From an uncultured Gammaproteobacteria bacterium (lineage in GTDB: Bacteria > Patescibacteriota > Patescibacteriia > UBA1558 > S5-K13): DNA of 64,000 nt. Shown piece by piece: positions 28,470-38,723 of this stretch; positions within the stretch are counted from its first letter, which is position 1, and each line of letters begins with the position of its first letter. Location of the stretch: NCBI GenBank assembly GCA_964424195.1, contig CAYRHT010000003.1, forward strand, positions 14,919 to 78,918, read 5' to 3'. Below the pieces are notes generated by a model, which made no database searches, had not been told where the DNA came from, and was given only the letters and a program-made list of their open reading frames with translations. The position numbers and the translations under genes are program-made.

Positions 28470-28799
28470 TTATTTCTTTAGAGTTTCCTTTTTAGTAACT
28501 TTCTTAACTTCTTTAGCTACTGGTTTAGTAATTACAGAAGCTATAGTTCTTAATTTTAAGCTACCATCAAATCTTCTCATCTTTCTTTTACTGAATTGAA
28601 CAATTCCATTGATTAAAGAAATTAGAGAATCATCACTAGCTCTTTTTACATTTTTACCAGGATAGTATTTAGTTCCTCTTTGTTTAACAATGATTTGTCC
28701 TGGTTTAATAGCTTGACCATGTGATAATTTGATACCAAGCATTTTAGCTTTGGAATCTCGTCCCAGCGAGGTTGATCCGCCGGCCTTTTTATGAGCCAT
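28470..28799 (-). CDS. rpmA: 50S ribosomal protein L27 (with ~20-aa Lys-rich C-terminal extension)
   Basis: [24 protein letters not shown]...[18 protein letters not shown]; 109 aa. Confidence 0.85.
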   Translation of the reverse strand: MAHKKAGGSTSLGRDSKAKMLGIKLSHGQAIKPGQIIVKQRGTKYYPGKNVKRASDDSLISLINGIVQFSKRKMRRFDGSLKLRTIASVITKPVAKEVKKVTKKETLKK

Positions 28800-28840
28800 A
28801 TGTTTATTTCATTAATATTAATTCGTATGAATAAAAGTAT

Positions 28841-28878
28841 AACAGAAAGGAGGATATTGTCAATATCCTCCTTTGACT
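28841..28878. promoter_or_regulatory. Perfect 25-nt palindrome carrying divergent promoter elements (rpmA / nifU)
   Basis: aggaggatattgTcaatatcctcct reads TTGACA on the - strand (16-nt spacer, then TATACT toward rpmA). TTGACT-17-TAATAT with an upstream TG lies just downstream on + toward nifU. Confidence 0.45.
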
Positions 28879-29026
28879 TAAGGCTCTAAGAGTGGTAATA
28901 TACTAATATTGTAAAATATTATTTTACATATTTTTGTGTTATTCATGTGCTTCTGAAAAGAGAGAAAATTTACTTTGATCCTCATTAATGAGGGAAAAAC
29001 AATTAAAAAATAAGGAATAATTATAT

Positions 29027-29398
29027 ATGTTATATTCTAAAAAAGTAATGGATCATTTTAAGAACCCTAGGAATCTAGGGGAGCTTAAAAATGCTGACAT
29101 TGAGGCTCAAGTTGGTAATCCAACTTGTGGAGATATTATGAAACTCTATCTTAAAATTAAAGACAAGAAGATTAAAGATATTGGTTTTGAAACTTTAGGT
29201 TGTGGAGCAGCAATTGCTTGTTCTTCTATGATTACTCAAGAAGCTAAAGGAAAAACTCTTTCCGCAGCAAAGAAGATAAATAAAGACTTGATTGTAAAGA
29301 AATTAGGTGGTTTACCAAAACCTAAAGTACATTGCTCAATGTTAGCTATTGAAGCTTTACAAAAAGCAATTAAGAATTATGAAGAAAGTACAAAATAA
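29027..29398 (+). CDS. iscU: Fe-S cluster scaffold, IscU/NifU N-terminal type
   Basis: Conserved Cys ligands in NPTCGD..., LGCGAA..., HCS. Confidence 0.8.
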   Translation: MLYSKKVMDHFKNPRNLGELKNADIEAQVGNPTCGDIMKLYLKIKDKKIKDIGFETLGCGAAIACSSMITQEAKGKTLSAAKKINKDLIVKKLGGLPKPKVHCSMLAIEALQKAIKNYEESTK

Positions 29399-29619
29399 TG
29401 AATAAAAAAATAGATAATAAAATAAATAAAATTAGAGAAGTATTAAAGATGGATGGCGGTGATTTAGAGATTTTTAAATATGATGAAAAAGAAAATCTAA
29501 TGCAAATTAAATTACTTGGTATGTGCCAAGGTTGTCCAATGGCTGAGATAACTGTGAAGAACTTTATTGAAAAGGAATTGCAAGAAATAATTCCTGATTT
29601 AATTGTAGAGAAAGTTTAA
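29398..29619 (+). CDS. Nfu/NifU C-terminal-domain Fe-S carrier
   Basis: 73 aa with MDGGDLEIF...LLGMCQGCPMAEITV. Confidence 0.6.
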   Translation: MNKKIDNKINKIREVLKMDGGDLEIFKYDEKENLMQIKLLGMCQGCPMAEITVKNFIEKELQEIIPDLIVEKV

Positions 29620-29623
29620 TTAT

Positions 29624-30793
29624 ATGACTAAAAAAAATATATATTTTGATAATGCTGCTACTACTCAAGTAGATCAGCGAGTATTAAAAGCTATGCTCCC
29701 TTATTTCACTAATGACTTTGGTAATGCTTCTTCTTTACATAGTTTTGGACAAGAAGCTGAAGGAGCAGTCTTAAAATCTAAAGATATCATTTCTGATTTC
29801 TTGAATTGTGAAGCTAAAGAAATAGTTTTTACTTCTGGAGGAACTGAAAGTAATAATACAGTTTTAAAGAGTGTTTTTAATAATTATCAAGGGCATTTAA
29901 TTACTAGTGCTTTTGAACATCCTAGTGTTTTAGATACTGCTAAGTATTTAAAGAGTAAAGGTGTAGAAGTTACTTTTATTAAACCAGAAGCTAATGGTTT
30001 AATTGATCCTCAGAAAGTATTAGATGCTATTCAATCAAATACTAAACTAATTTCTATCATGTATGTGAATAATGAGATTGGAACTATTCAGCCCATTGGT
30101 AAAATTGCTAAAGACTTAGAAGAAATAAATAAAGATAGAGAAGAAAAGATATTATTTCATACTGATGCTGTGCAAGCTACTTATTTTGCAACTATGGATA
30201 TTACTCGTCTGAGAGTAGATTTCTTATCTCTTTCTGGTCACAAGATTTATGGTCCCAAAGGTGTTGGAGCTTTGTATATTAAAGATGGAATTAAAATTAC
30301 TCCTTTATTACATGGTGGACATCAAGAAAATGGTTTCCGAGCTGGAACTTACAACGTTCCTTCAATAGTTGGTTTAGGAAAAGCAGTGAGTCTAATAAAT
30401 ACTTCAGAACATACTAAAGAAGTAGAGCAGATTAAGAAATTAAGGGATGTTTTGATAGAAAAGGTATTAAAGATTGAAGGAGCTAGTTTAAATGGAGATC
30501 AAGAATCTCGTTTAGCTAATAATGCTAATTTCCTATTCCAGAATGTTGAAGGAGAAAGTCTGTTATTAAAACTTGATATGGAAGGAGTAGCTTGTTCTAC
30601 TGGTTCAGCTTGTGCTTCTGGTTCTTTACAAGCATCACATGTTTTATTAGCTATTGGAGTTAAACCAGAGAATGCTCATGGTTCATTAAGAATTAGTATT
30701 GGAAAAGATAATACTATTAAGGATATTAATCATTTCGTTAAAGTTTTAGAGAAAATAGTTAAAGAATTAAGATCATTTTCACCTTTAAAATAA
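29624..30793 (+). CDS. iscS: Cysteine desulfurase (IscS/NifS class)
   Basis: PLP-lysine SGHKIYGPKG. Active-site SSGSACAS-type loop (STGSACASGS). Confidence 0.85.
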   Translation: MTKKNIYFDNAATTQVDQRVLKAMLPYFTNDFGNASSLHSFGQEAEGAVLKSKDIISDFLNCEAKEIVFTSGGTESNNTVLKSVFNNYQGHLITSAFEHPSVLDTAKYLKSKGVEVTFIKPEANGLIDPQKVLDAIQSNTKLISIMYVNNEIGTIQPIGKIAKDLEEINKDREEKILFHTDAVQATYFATMDITRLRVDFLSLSGHKIYGPKGVGALYIKDGIKITPLLHGGHQENGFRAGTYNVPSIVGLGKAVSLINTSEHTKEVEQIKKLRDVLIEKVLKIEGASLNGDQESRLANNANFLFQNVEGESLLLKLDMEGVACSTGSACASGSLQASHVLLAIGVKPENAHGSLRISIGKDNTIKDINHFVKVLEKIVKELRSFSPLK

Positions 30794-31162
30794 ATGTTGT
30801 ATTTAAAAGATAAATTTAAAATTTTTTTTAGTAAAAGACCTATTTATTGGTTAATGGTTTTAACTTTATCAGCTAATTTTTATTTATGGTATTTAATTTA
30901 TAATTTTGTTGATTTTGGGAAAGATTTTCATGTTTTACATTATAATATCTATTTTGGAATAGATTTAATTGATTCACCTCAAAGATTATTAGCTATTCCC
31001 TTTCTAGGAATTGGAATCTTATTAATCAATTTAGTTCTTTCTTATATTTTCTATATTATTAAAAAAGAATTTACTATTCCTTATTTCTTATTAACAGCTA
31101 GTTTATTTGTTAATTTAGAATTAATTTTTTACCTCATTGGGGTAATTGGAATGGAATACTAG
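30794..31162 (+). CDS. Small integral membrane protein, hypothetical
   Basis: 122 aa with 3-4 TM helices. Confidence 0.4.
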   Translation: MLYLKDKFKIFFSKRPIYWLMVLTLSANFYLWYLIYNFVDFGKDFHVLHYNIYFGIDLIDSPQRLLAIPFLGIGILLINLVLSYIFYIIKKEFTIPYFLLTASLFVNLELIFYLIGVIGMEY

Positions 31163-31181
31163 TAATTAAAATTAAATATTT

Positions 31182-32231
31182 ATGTTGAATTTAATTGTAA
31201 TCAAAATTTTTATCTTAACAACTCTATCAACTTTTGTAGCTGTTGCTATTACTCCTTTGGTTAGTCATTTTTTGTATAAGTATAATTTAGGGAAACAAAT
31301 TAGAACTGAAGAAAGTGCTCCTATATTTCATAGCTTGCATAAGAAAAAAGAAGGAACTCCAACCATGGGTGGGATTATTATTTGGTTTACTCTTTTAGTA
31401 ATTATGTTTTTGTTTTATTTAATTTATTTCTTTTTTCCAGAATCTGGAATATCATTTTTAAACTTTTTTTCTAGATCTCAAACATTATTACCTTTAGGAG
31501 CTTTAATTGCTACCGCTATTATTGGATTATGGGATGATTATTTAGGAGTTCGAAAAATAGGTGCTAAGGGTGGAGGATTGAGTATGAAGAAAAAACTTTT
31601 AATATATTTTGGAATAGCTTTAATAGGTGCTTTATGGTTTTTCTTTAAATTAGATTGGGATGTTTTACATATTCCTTTTGTAGGTAATTTTGAAATAGGA
31701 TGGTGGATTATTCCTTTGTTTACTTTTGTAGTTGCTGCTACTTCTTTTTCAGTTAATGAAACTGATGGTTTAGATGGTTTAGCTGGTGGATTATTATTAT
31801 TCTGTTTTGTTACCTTTGGAGTAATTAGTTTCTTACAAGGGAGCTATGATTTAGCTAGTTTCTGTGCTGTCATAGTTGGAGCCTTAGTTACATTTTTATG
31901 GTTCAATATTCCCCCAGCAAGATTCTTTATGGGCGATACTGGTTCCATGAGTCTGGGTATTACTTTAGGTATCATTGCGATGTTAACTAATACTTTGCTT
32001 TATTTACCTTTAATTGCTTTTATCTTTATCTTTGAATCTCTCTCAGTAATTATTCAGTTGATTTCTAAGAAACTTAGAAATGGTAAGAAAGTATTTCTAT
32101 CTACACCAGTTCATCATCATTTTGAAGCTATTGGTTGGTCAGAGTCTAAGATTGTAATGCGAGCTTGGTTATTAAGTGGAGTATTTTCAGTCTTCGCTTT
32201 GATTATTTATTTATTTGATAAGACTATTTAA
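31182..32231 (+). CDS. mraY: Phospho-N-acetylmuramoyl-pentapeptide transferase MraY
   Basis: GLWDDYLGVRK, NETDGLDGLAGG, the HHH motif region STPVHHHFE. Confidence 0.85.
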   Translation: MLNLIVIKIFILTTLSTFVAVAITPLVSHFLYKYNLGKQIRTEESAPIFHSLHKKKEGTPTMGGIIIWFTLLVIMFLFYLIYFFFPESGISFLNFFSRSQTLLPLGALIATAIIGLWDDYLGVRKIGAKGGGLSMKKKLLIYFGIALIGALWFFFKLDWDVLHIPFVGNFEIGWWIIPLFTFVVAATSFSVNETDGLDGLAGGLLLFCFVTFGVISFLQGSYDLASFCAVIVGALVTFLWFNIPPARFFMGDTGSMSLGITLGIIAMLTNTLLYLPLIAFIFIFESLSVIIQLISKKLRNGKKVFLSTPVHHHFEAIGWSESKIVMRAWLLSGVFSVFALIIYLFDKTI

Positions 32232-32239
32232 TTAAAAAT

Positions 32240-33814
32240 ATGAAAGAAAACAATTTTCTAAAACAAAAGTTTAATAATCTTCATACTAGTCCAGAAGTAG
32301 AATCTGCTACTAAAAGAAAAGAAATGAAAGGAAAAGAAGGTAAGATTACTAAACCAACAGAGAAGATAGAAGCACATCTAGAAAGATTAGATGAGATTTT
32401 TAATACAGAAGATAATAACCAAAGAGAGTTTAGAGTTGGTTTTCTAAAAGATAAACTACATGACAAGTTCATCGTTAAACCCGAAAATATTCCAACCAGC
32501 TATTATGAACAACAAAGAAGAATAATGAGAGAAGAAGGATATGGAGATGTAGAAATAACAGATAACATGAAAAGAGATGCTGAACAAACAATAGTGGCTG
32601 ATCAAAGGGCAAGTTTTGATGAATGGATTGATTATTTAAGTTCAGAAGATGCTACCTATCCAAACTATCTAAAATACTTTGCTTTTAGAGGAATAACTAA
32701 GTTAGGGAAGTATGATAAAGAAAAGGAAAAGTTTGCTAATCGAACTAAAGAAACAGTAGCTCCTTTTGTAGATCTAGATAGAGAAGCTTTGGCTAATGTG
32801 CTAGATGCTTTAGAAAAAGAACATCAAGGACAAGAACAGGCTGATGAATTATCAGATAACTTTAAAAAATATTTAAAAGGTGCTAACTTTGGTAAACTTT
32901 ATGCTCAAGCTGGTAAAGATATAATGGAACAAGGAGGAATGGAAAAATTAGATATTCATGATGGTGAGTGGATTAAATATGATCAAGGAACAGATTCTTC
33001 TTTACTTCATAAATCATTACAAGGAAAATCTACTGGTTGGTGTACTGCTGGTCAGAGTACAGCTCAGACTCAAATCGAAAATGGTGACTTCTATGTCTAT
33101 TATACTAAAAACAACGATGGTCAATATACTGAACCTCGAATAGCTATTCGAATGAATGGTCAAAATAAGATTGGTGAAATTAGAGGGGTAGCTAATGATC
33201 AGAATATAGAGTCAGAGGCAGAAGATATCCTTGATGAAAAATTAAAAAAATTTCCGGATTCAGAAGCATATCAACAAAAAAGTCATGATATGAAACTCTT
33301 AACCCAAATTGAAGAAAAACAAAACAAGAAAGAAAAACTAACTAAAAAAGATTTAGAATTTCTTTATGAAATAAAATCAAGGATTAAAGGATTTGGTTAT
33401 GAAGATGATCCTCGTATTAAAGAAATTCAAGAGCAAAGAAATTTTAAAAAAGATTTATCTTCTGTATTTAGTTATCTTCCTGAACAGATTAGCGTTACTG
33501 AAGAAGAAGCTTTAAGTGGAGATATTAAATTCCATTATGGTACTCTTAATCTTTATGGATTAAAATCAGCCGAAGGACTTGTTTTACCAGAGAATATAGG
33601 TGGTGGTCTTGATCTTAATGGTCTTACTTCAGCCGAAGGACTTGTTTTACCAGAGAATATAGGTGGTGGTCTTGATCTTAATGGTCTTACTTCAGCCGAA
33701 GGACTTGTTTTACCTAAGAATATAGATGGTAGTCTTGATCTTAATCGTATTACTTCAGTTGAAAAAGAAGAATTAAAAGAAAAATATCCTAATCTAAGAG
33801 ATAAAATTAAATAA
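32240..33814 (+). CDS. Hypothetical cytoplasmic protein with C-terminal 21-aa LRR-like tandem repeats, inserted between mraY and murD
   Basis: 524 aa with no signal peptide. The C-terminus has 3 x SAEGLVLPENIGGGLDLNGLT. Confidence 0.55.
   Translation: MKENNFLKQKFNNLHTSPEVESATKRKEMKGKEGKITKPTEKIEAHLERLDEIFNTEDNNQREFRVGFLKDKLHDKFIVKPENIPTSYYEQQRRIMREEGYGDVEITDNMKRDAEQTIVADQRASFDEWIDYLSSEDATYPNYLKYFAFRGITKLGKYDKEKEKFANRTKETVAPFVDLDREALANVLDALEKEHQGQEQADELSDNFKKYLKGANFGKLYAQAGKDIMEQGGMEKLDIHDGEWIKYDQGTDSSLLHKSLQGKSTGWCTAGQSTAQTQIENGDFYVYYTKNNDGQYTEPRIAIRMNGQNKIGEIRGVANDQNIESEAEDILDEKLKKFPDSEAYQQKSHDMKLLTQIEEKQNKKEKLTKKDLEFLYEIKSRIKGFGYEDDPRIKEIQEQRNFKKDLSSVFSYLPEQISVTEEEALSGDIKFHYGTLNLYGLKSAEGLVLPENIGGGLDLNGLTSAEGLVLPENIGGGLDLNGLTSAEGLVLPKNIDGSLDLNRITSVEKEELKEKYPNLRDKIK
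33566..33754 (+). repeat. Three tandem 63-bp repeats (first two identical) inside the CDS
   Basis: The unit tcagccgaaggacttgttttaccagagaatataggtggtggtcttgatcttaatggtcttact repeats at 33566 and 33629. A third, diverged copy is at 33692. Confidence 0.85.
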
Positions 33815-33820
33815 TTATTT

Positions 33821-35125
33821 ATGGATTTTAAGAATAAAAAAATATTAATAATGGGGCTTGGTATAATTGGCAAAGGATTAAAAGATGCTTTGTTTTTTTA
33901 TAACCAAGGAGCAGAAGTAACAGTTACTGATTTAAAAGATGAATCAGAGTTAATTGATTCAATCAGTGAATTAAAGAAATATCCAGATATTAAATTACAT
34001 TTAGGAAAACATCTGGAATCTGATTTTAAAGAAAATGATATTATTGTTCGAAATCCAGCAGTTCCTAAAGATTCTAACTTTTTAAAAATAGCTCGAGAGA
34101 ATAACAAAGAAATAGTAATGGAGGATTCTCTATTCACTAAACTAACCAAAGCTAAAGTAATTGGGATTACTGGAACTCGAGGAAAAACTACTAGCTCAAC
34201 TTTAATTTATGAAATTTTAAAATATGCTGGTTTAGATGTCTATTTATCGGGCAATGTCAGAGGTACAGCTTCTTTACCATTATTGGACAAAGTTAAAGAA
34301 GACTCTTATGTCGTCTTAGAACTTAGTTCTTGGCAATTGCAAGGATTTGCTGATGAAAAAGTATCTCCAGAATATGCAATAATTACTAATATTTATGAAG
34401 ATCATTTGAATAGGTATAAAGGAATGAGTGATTATGTTAATGACAAGAAGCAGATTTACAAATTTCAGAAAGAATCTGACTTTCTATTCCTTAATCAAGA
34501 TATGAATCCAGAATATTTAGCTGAGTTTCAGAATGAAGCTATTGCTCAGAAGATTTATTCTTCTAAAGAAGATGTAGGGAATTATCAAACTAATTTAATT
34601 GGAGAACATAACTTAGAGAACATTGCTATTGCTCGAGTTATAGCTTTAGAAATAGGGATTGATGAAGAAACTATTCAGAAAGCAGTAGCAAACTTTCAAG
34701 CTATTGAATTTAGATTAGAAAAAGTTAGAGAAATTAATGATATTAGCTTTATAAACGACAGTGCTAGTACTGCTCCAGTAGCAGCTATTAAAGCTTTAAA
34801 TTCTTTTAATCAAAAAGTATTCTTAATTGCTGGAGGAGCTTCTAAAGATTTAGATTTAAAAGGCTTAGCTCAAACCATTAAAGAGAAAGCTCAGAAAGTA
34901 GCTCTCTTAGAAGGAAGTGATACTCCTAAGTTAAAAGAACTTTTAGATGATAATTTAGTTTTAGGAGTTTTTAAAGATTTAGAATCAGCAGTACAGATTT
35001 TGTATAAACAAGCTCAAGCTGGAGATATTATTTTATTATCACCAGGTTCTGCTAGCTTTGGAATGTTTCAAAATGAATTTGATAGAGGAGAGCAATTTAA
35101 TCAGATTGTAAATAATTTAAAATGA
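33821..35125 (+). CDS. murD: UDP-N-acetylmuramoylalanine--D-glutamate ligase MurD
   Basis: VIGITGTRGKTTSSTLIYEIL P-loop. Mur ligase domain order. Confidence 0.85.
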   Translation: MDFKNKKILIMGLGIIGKGLKDALFFYNQGAEVTVTDLKDESELIDSISELKKYPDIKLHLGKHLESDFKENDIIVRNPAVPKDSNFLKIARENNKEIVMEDSLFTKLTKAKVIGITGTRGKTTSSTLIYEILKYAGLDVYLSGNVRGTASLPLLDKVKEDSYVVLELSSWQLQGFADEKVSPEYAIITNIYEDHLNRYKGMSDYVNDKKQIYKFQKESDFLFLNQDMNPEYLAEFQNEAIAQKIYSSKEDVGNYQTNLIGEHNLENIAIARVIALEIGIDEETIQKAVANFQAIEFRLEKVREINDISFINDSASTAPVAAIKALNSFNQKVFLIAGGASKDLDLKGLAQTIKEKAQKVALLEGSDTPKLKELLDDNLVLGVFKDLESAVQILYKQAQAGDIILLSPGSASFGMFQNEFDRGEQFNQIVNNLK

Positions 35126-36279
35126 TTAGAAGACATTCAAAATTTAGAAGATTATTAGAACGCTTATTTCATGTTGGTGGTAAAGCTCATGAACCAGACT
35201 ATACTTTGATTACTATTACTAGTATTTTTATTTTATTTGGTTTATTAATGTTAATGTCTGCTTCTTCAGTAATTTCTTATCAGAAGTTTGGTAGTTCCTA
35301 TTATCTTTTTTGGCATCAAATTCTATTAGGTTTTCTTCCTGGGATTATAATTTTTTGGATTTGTTCTAAGATAGATTTTAAATTATGGAAAAAATTTGCT
35401 TTCTTCATGCTGATCTTTTCCATTTTATTATTATTAGCTGTATTTATTCCTGGTTTAAGAACTACTTTTGGTAGTGCTCGTTCTTGGATTAATATTTTTG
35501 GATTTTCTATTCAACCCTCAGAAATTGTTAAATTAACTTTTTTAATATACTTAGCCTCTTGGTTAGATAGTAGAGGAGCTGAGAAAGTGAGAGATTTGCA
35601 TCATGGATTAATGCCTTTTCTAATATTAATTGGAACTATTAGTATTTTGATGTTATTACAACCAGATATGGGGACCCTTAGTATTATTTTTGTAATTGCT
35701 TTGATTAGTTTCTATATCGGTGGCGGGCATGTTAAACATATTATTTCAGTTTTAATAGGTGCTTTTGTAGTCTTTTTTATTGCTATTAAAGTAGCTCCTT
35801 ACCGTTTAGCTCGTTTTATGGTTTTTATGAATCCAGGAGCTGATCCTCAAGGAGTAGGTTATCATTTAAATCAAGCTTTAATTGCTGTAGGTTCTGGAAG
35901 ATGGTTTGGAGTTGGTCTAGGGCATTCCAGACAGAAATATGGTTATTTACCAGAAGTAGCTGGGGATTCAATATTTCCAGTGATGGCCGAAGAATTGGGG
36001 TTTATAATGTGTTCTATTTATGTAGTTTTAATTTTTATTCTGGTTTATCATGGTTTAATGGTTGCTCAAAAATCAAAAACATATTATGGTAGAGTCTTAG
36101 CAGTTGGGATTATAGTTTGGATTGGTTTCCAGAGTTTTATTAATATTGCTTCTATGATTGGTTTACTACCAATGACTGGAGTACCTTTACCATTCCTATC
36201 ATATGGTGGGACAGCTATGATTATGAATTTAGCAGCTATGGGAATCTTAGTTAATATATCTCGATATACGAGACAATAA
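35122..36279 (+). CDS. ftsW: SEDS-family peptidoglycan polymerase FtsW
   Basis: 10-TM SEDS protein positioned between murD and murG. 4-nt overlap with murD. Confidence 0.8.
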   Translation: MIRRHSKFRRLLERLFHVGGKAHEPDYTLITITSIFILFGLLMLMSASSVISYQKFGSSYYLFWHQILLGFLPGIIIFWICSKIDFKLWKKFAFFMLIFSILLLLAVFIPGLRTTFGSARSWINIFGFSIQPSEIVKLTFLIYLASWLDSRGAEKVRDLHHGLMPFLILIGTISILMLLQPDMGTLSIIFVIALISFYIGGGHVKHIISVLIGAFVVFFIAIKVAPYRLARFMVFMNPGADPQGVGYHLNQALIAVGSGRWFGVGLGHSRQKYGYLPEVAGDSIFPVMAEELGFIMCSIYVVLIFILVYHGLMVAQKSKTYYGRVLAVGIIVWIGFQSFINIASMIGLLPMTGVPLPFLSYGGTAMIMNLAAMGILVNISRYTRQ

Positions 36280-36292
36280 ATAAATTAAACTT

Positions 36293-37357
36293 ATGAAAAT
36301 ATTATTCAGTGGTGGTGGAACATTAGGTTCAGTAACACCTTTACTAGCAATTATAGATGAAATTAAAAAAACTCATCCTGAAGATGAGGTGGTTTGGGTG
36401 ACTACTAAAGATGGAGTAGAAAAAGATTTTTTAAATGAATATGATATTGAAAAATATTCAATGACTTCAGCTAAATTAAGAAGATATTTTTCTTGGCAGA
36501 ATTTTATAGATTTTTTTAAGTTTATAAAATCTCTCTTTGAAGCTTTTAGTATTATTAAAAAAGTTAAACCTGATGTGATAGTTAGTGCTGGAGCCTATGT
36601 TAGTGTTCCCTTAGCAATTGTAGGGAAGTTAATGTTTAAAAAAGTTTTAATACATCAACAAGATATTAAGGTTGGTTTAGCTAATAGGATTATGGCTATT
36701 TTTGCAGATCGAATTACTTTGAGTTTTTGGGAATCACAAACTAGGTTTAAATATTTTAAAAAGAGAAAAACATATTTAACTGGAAATCCTGGTAGATTTA
36801 CTAGAAAACAAATTGATAGTTTAGATCGAGATACTTTGTTAAAGAGGTATAATTTGAAGGCAGACAAACCTATTCTTTTAATTCTAGGAGGTAGTTCTGG
36901 TTCAGCCGAAATAAATCAAGTAGTTTACAAATCGGTTTCTAAGTTAGTGAATAAATTTCAAGTTATTCATATTACTGGAGCGAATAAGAACAAGGAAATA
37001 GAGAAGGCAGATTATCATCAATATAGCTTTATTTACAAAGAAATGTTAGATTTCATGTTTCTTTCTGATTTAGTTGTTTCTCGAGCTGGTTTTGCTACTC
37101 TTACTGAATTATCTTGCTTATCCAAATGCGCTATTATTGTTCCTCTTAAAGGACATCAGGAGATAAATGCGGGATATTTCTATAGAGAAAAGGCTGTTGA
37201 ACTTTGTGATGCTGAGCATTTAATTACTACAATTTTAAGTTTATCCAGAGACCAGAATAGGAAAGAATATCTAATTGAACATATGGATCATATTATGCCT
37301 AAGAATGCTGTGCAAAAGATTACTGATCAGATTTATGGTTTATTTAAAAAACATTAA
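36293..37357 (+). CDS. murG: Undecaprenyl-PP-MurNAc-pentapeptide GlcNAc transferase MurG
   Basis: N-terminal GGGTLGSVTP G-loop and GT28 architecture. Confidence 0.8.
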   Translation: MKILFSGGGTLGSVTPLLAIIDEIKKTHPEDEVVWVTTKDGVEKDFLNEYDIEKYSMTSAKLRRYFSWQNFIDFFKFIKSLFEAFSIIKKVKPDVIVSAGAYVSVPLAIVGKLMFKKVLIHQQDIKVGLANRIMAIFADRITLSFWESQTRFKYFKKRKTYLTGNPGRFTRKQIDSLDRDTLLKRYNLKADKPILLILGGSSGSAEINQVVYKSVSKLVNKFQVIHITGANKNKEIEKADYHQYSFIYKEMLDFMFLSDLVVSRAGFATLTELSCLSKCAIIVPLKGHQEINAGYFYREKAVELCDAEHLITTILSLSRDQNRKEYLIEHMDHIMPKNAVQKITDQIYGLFKKH

Positions 37358-37361
37358 AACA

Positions 37362-38720
37362 ATGAATTTAAAGAATATTAAAAAAGTATATTTAATTGGG
37401 ATTGGTGGAATTGGAGTTTCTGCTGTAGCTCAATATTTTTTAGAATCTAGCAAAGAAGTTGCTGGTGCTGATTTAGTTAAATCTGATATTACTAAAGACT
37501 TAGAAAAAAAAGGAATTAAAGTTTTCTACAAACATGACGAAAGTAATATTGATGAATCATGTTCATTAGTAATCTATTCTTCAGCTATTCCAGAAGATAA
37601 TCCAGAATTTAAAAAAGCTCAAGAATTAAATATTAAAACTTTGTCATACTTTGATTTCCTAGGAGAACTTTCTCAAGATCATAAAACTATTGTAGTAACT
37701 GGGACTCATGGTAAGTCTAGTACTACTTCTTTAATAGCGATGATGATGATTAAAGCTGGTTTAGACCCGACAGTTTTTGTAGGAACTAAGATTAAAGACT
37801 TAGAAAGTAATTTTAGATTAGGAAGGTCAGAATATTTAGTTGTAGAAGGATGTGAGTATCAAGCTAATATGTTAAAGCTCAATCCATATTTAATTGGTAT
37901 TCCATCAATTGATGAAGATCATTTAGATTTCTACCAAGATTTAGAGGACATCTTAGAACATTTTCAGAAGTTTGTAGATAAATTAGAAAATTCAGATAAT
38001 TTAGTTTACAATGGTCTTGATCAAAACATTGAACAGCTCTACAAGTCTCCAGAAGCCTCTTCTGTGGGTTTAAATTCCGAATCTAAACTTCGAGCTGAAG
38101 ATGTAAAAAAAGTTGAGAATGGGCAGAATTTTAACTTGTTTTTGAATGATAAAGAGCTAGTAAATATTCAAACTAACTTACCAGGAGATTACAATATTAC
38201 TAATATTTTAATAGCTAGTGGTTTAGCTTTAAAGCTAGGAATTAAGCCTGAAATAATTAAAGAAAGTATAGAAGAATTTAAAGGTTTATGGAGAAGATTT
38301 GAAACAATAGGGGAGTGGAATACTGATTTAATTATTTCTGATTATGCTCATCATCCTCAAGAATTAAAAGCTTTACTAAAAGGAGCTAAAGAGTTTTATC
38401 CAAAGAAAAAGATAGTAGCTATCTTTCAACCACATCAAGAAGACCGAACTCAGAGATTATTTAATGACTTTTTAGATAGCTTTGAAAATGCTGATAATGT
38501 AATTATCTATCCAATCTATGAAGTAGCCGGGCGAAGAAGTGAGAAAGCTAAGAATTCAGAAGATTTAGCTAAAGAGATTCATAAAAAAGAAAGTCAGAAT
38601 GTTTATTATTTAGATACTTACGATAAAGTAAAAGAGCAATTAGAAAATTATCAAGATGCTGTGATTCTAATAATTGGAGCAGGGGATATAGATAATCTAG
38701 CTCGGCATTTTCTTAAATAA
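37362..38720 (+). CDS. murC: UDP-N-acetylmuramate--L-alanine ligase MurC
   Basis: IGIGGIGVSAVAQ Rossmann region and VTGTHGKSSTTSLIA P-loop. Start placed at the ATG after the murG stop. Confidence 0.85.
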   Translation: MNLKNIKKVYLIGIGGIGVSAVAQYFLESSKEVAGADLVKSDITKDLEKKGIKVFYKHDESNIDESCSLVIYSSAIPEDNPEFKKAQELNIKTLSYFDFLGELSQDHKTIVVTGTHGKSSTTSLIAMMMIKAGLDPTVFVGTKIKDLESNFRLGRSEYLVVEGCEYQANMLKLNPYLIGIPSIDEDHLDFYQDLEDILEHFQKFVDKLENSDNLVYNGLDQNIEQLYKSPEASSVGLNSESKLRAEDVKKVENGQNFNLFLNDKELVNIQTNLPGDYNITNILIASGLALKLGIKPEIIKESIEEFKGLWRRFETIGEWNTDLIISDYAHHPQELKALLKGAKEFYPKKKIVAIFQPHQEDRTQRLFNDFLDSFENADNVIIYPIYEVAGRRSEKAKNSEDLAKEIHKKESQNVYYLDTYDKVKEQLENYQDAVILIIGAGDIDNLARHFLK

Positions 38721-38723
38721 GTC

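Noticed and set aside
33553-34149. Two - strand ORFs (106 aa and 83 aa) overlapping the repeat region and murD
   Set aside because: The first is just the mirror image of the tandem repeats (its translation is itself repetitive). Both are antisense to well-supported genes.
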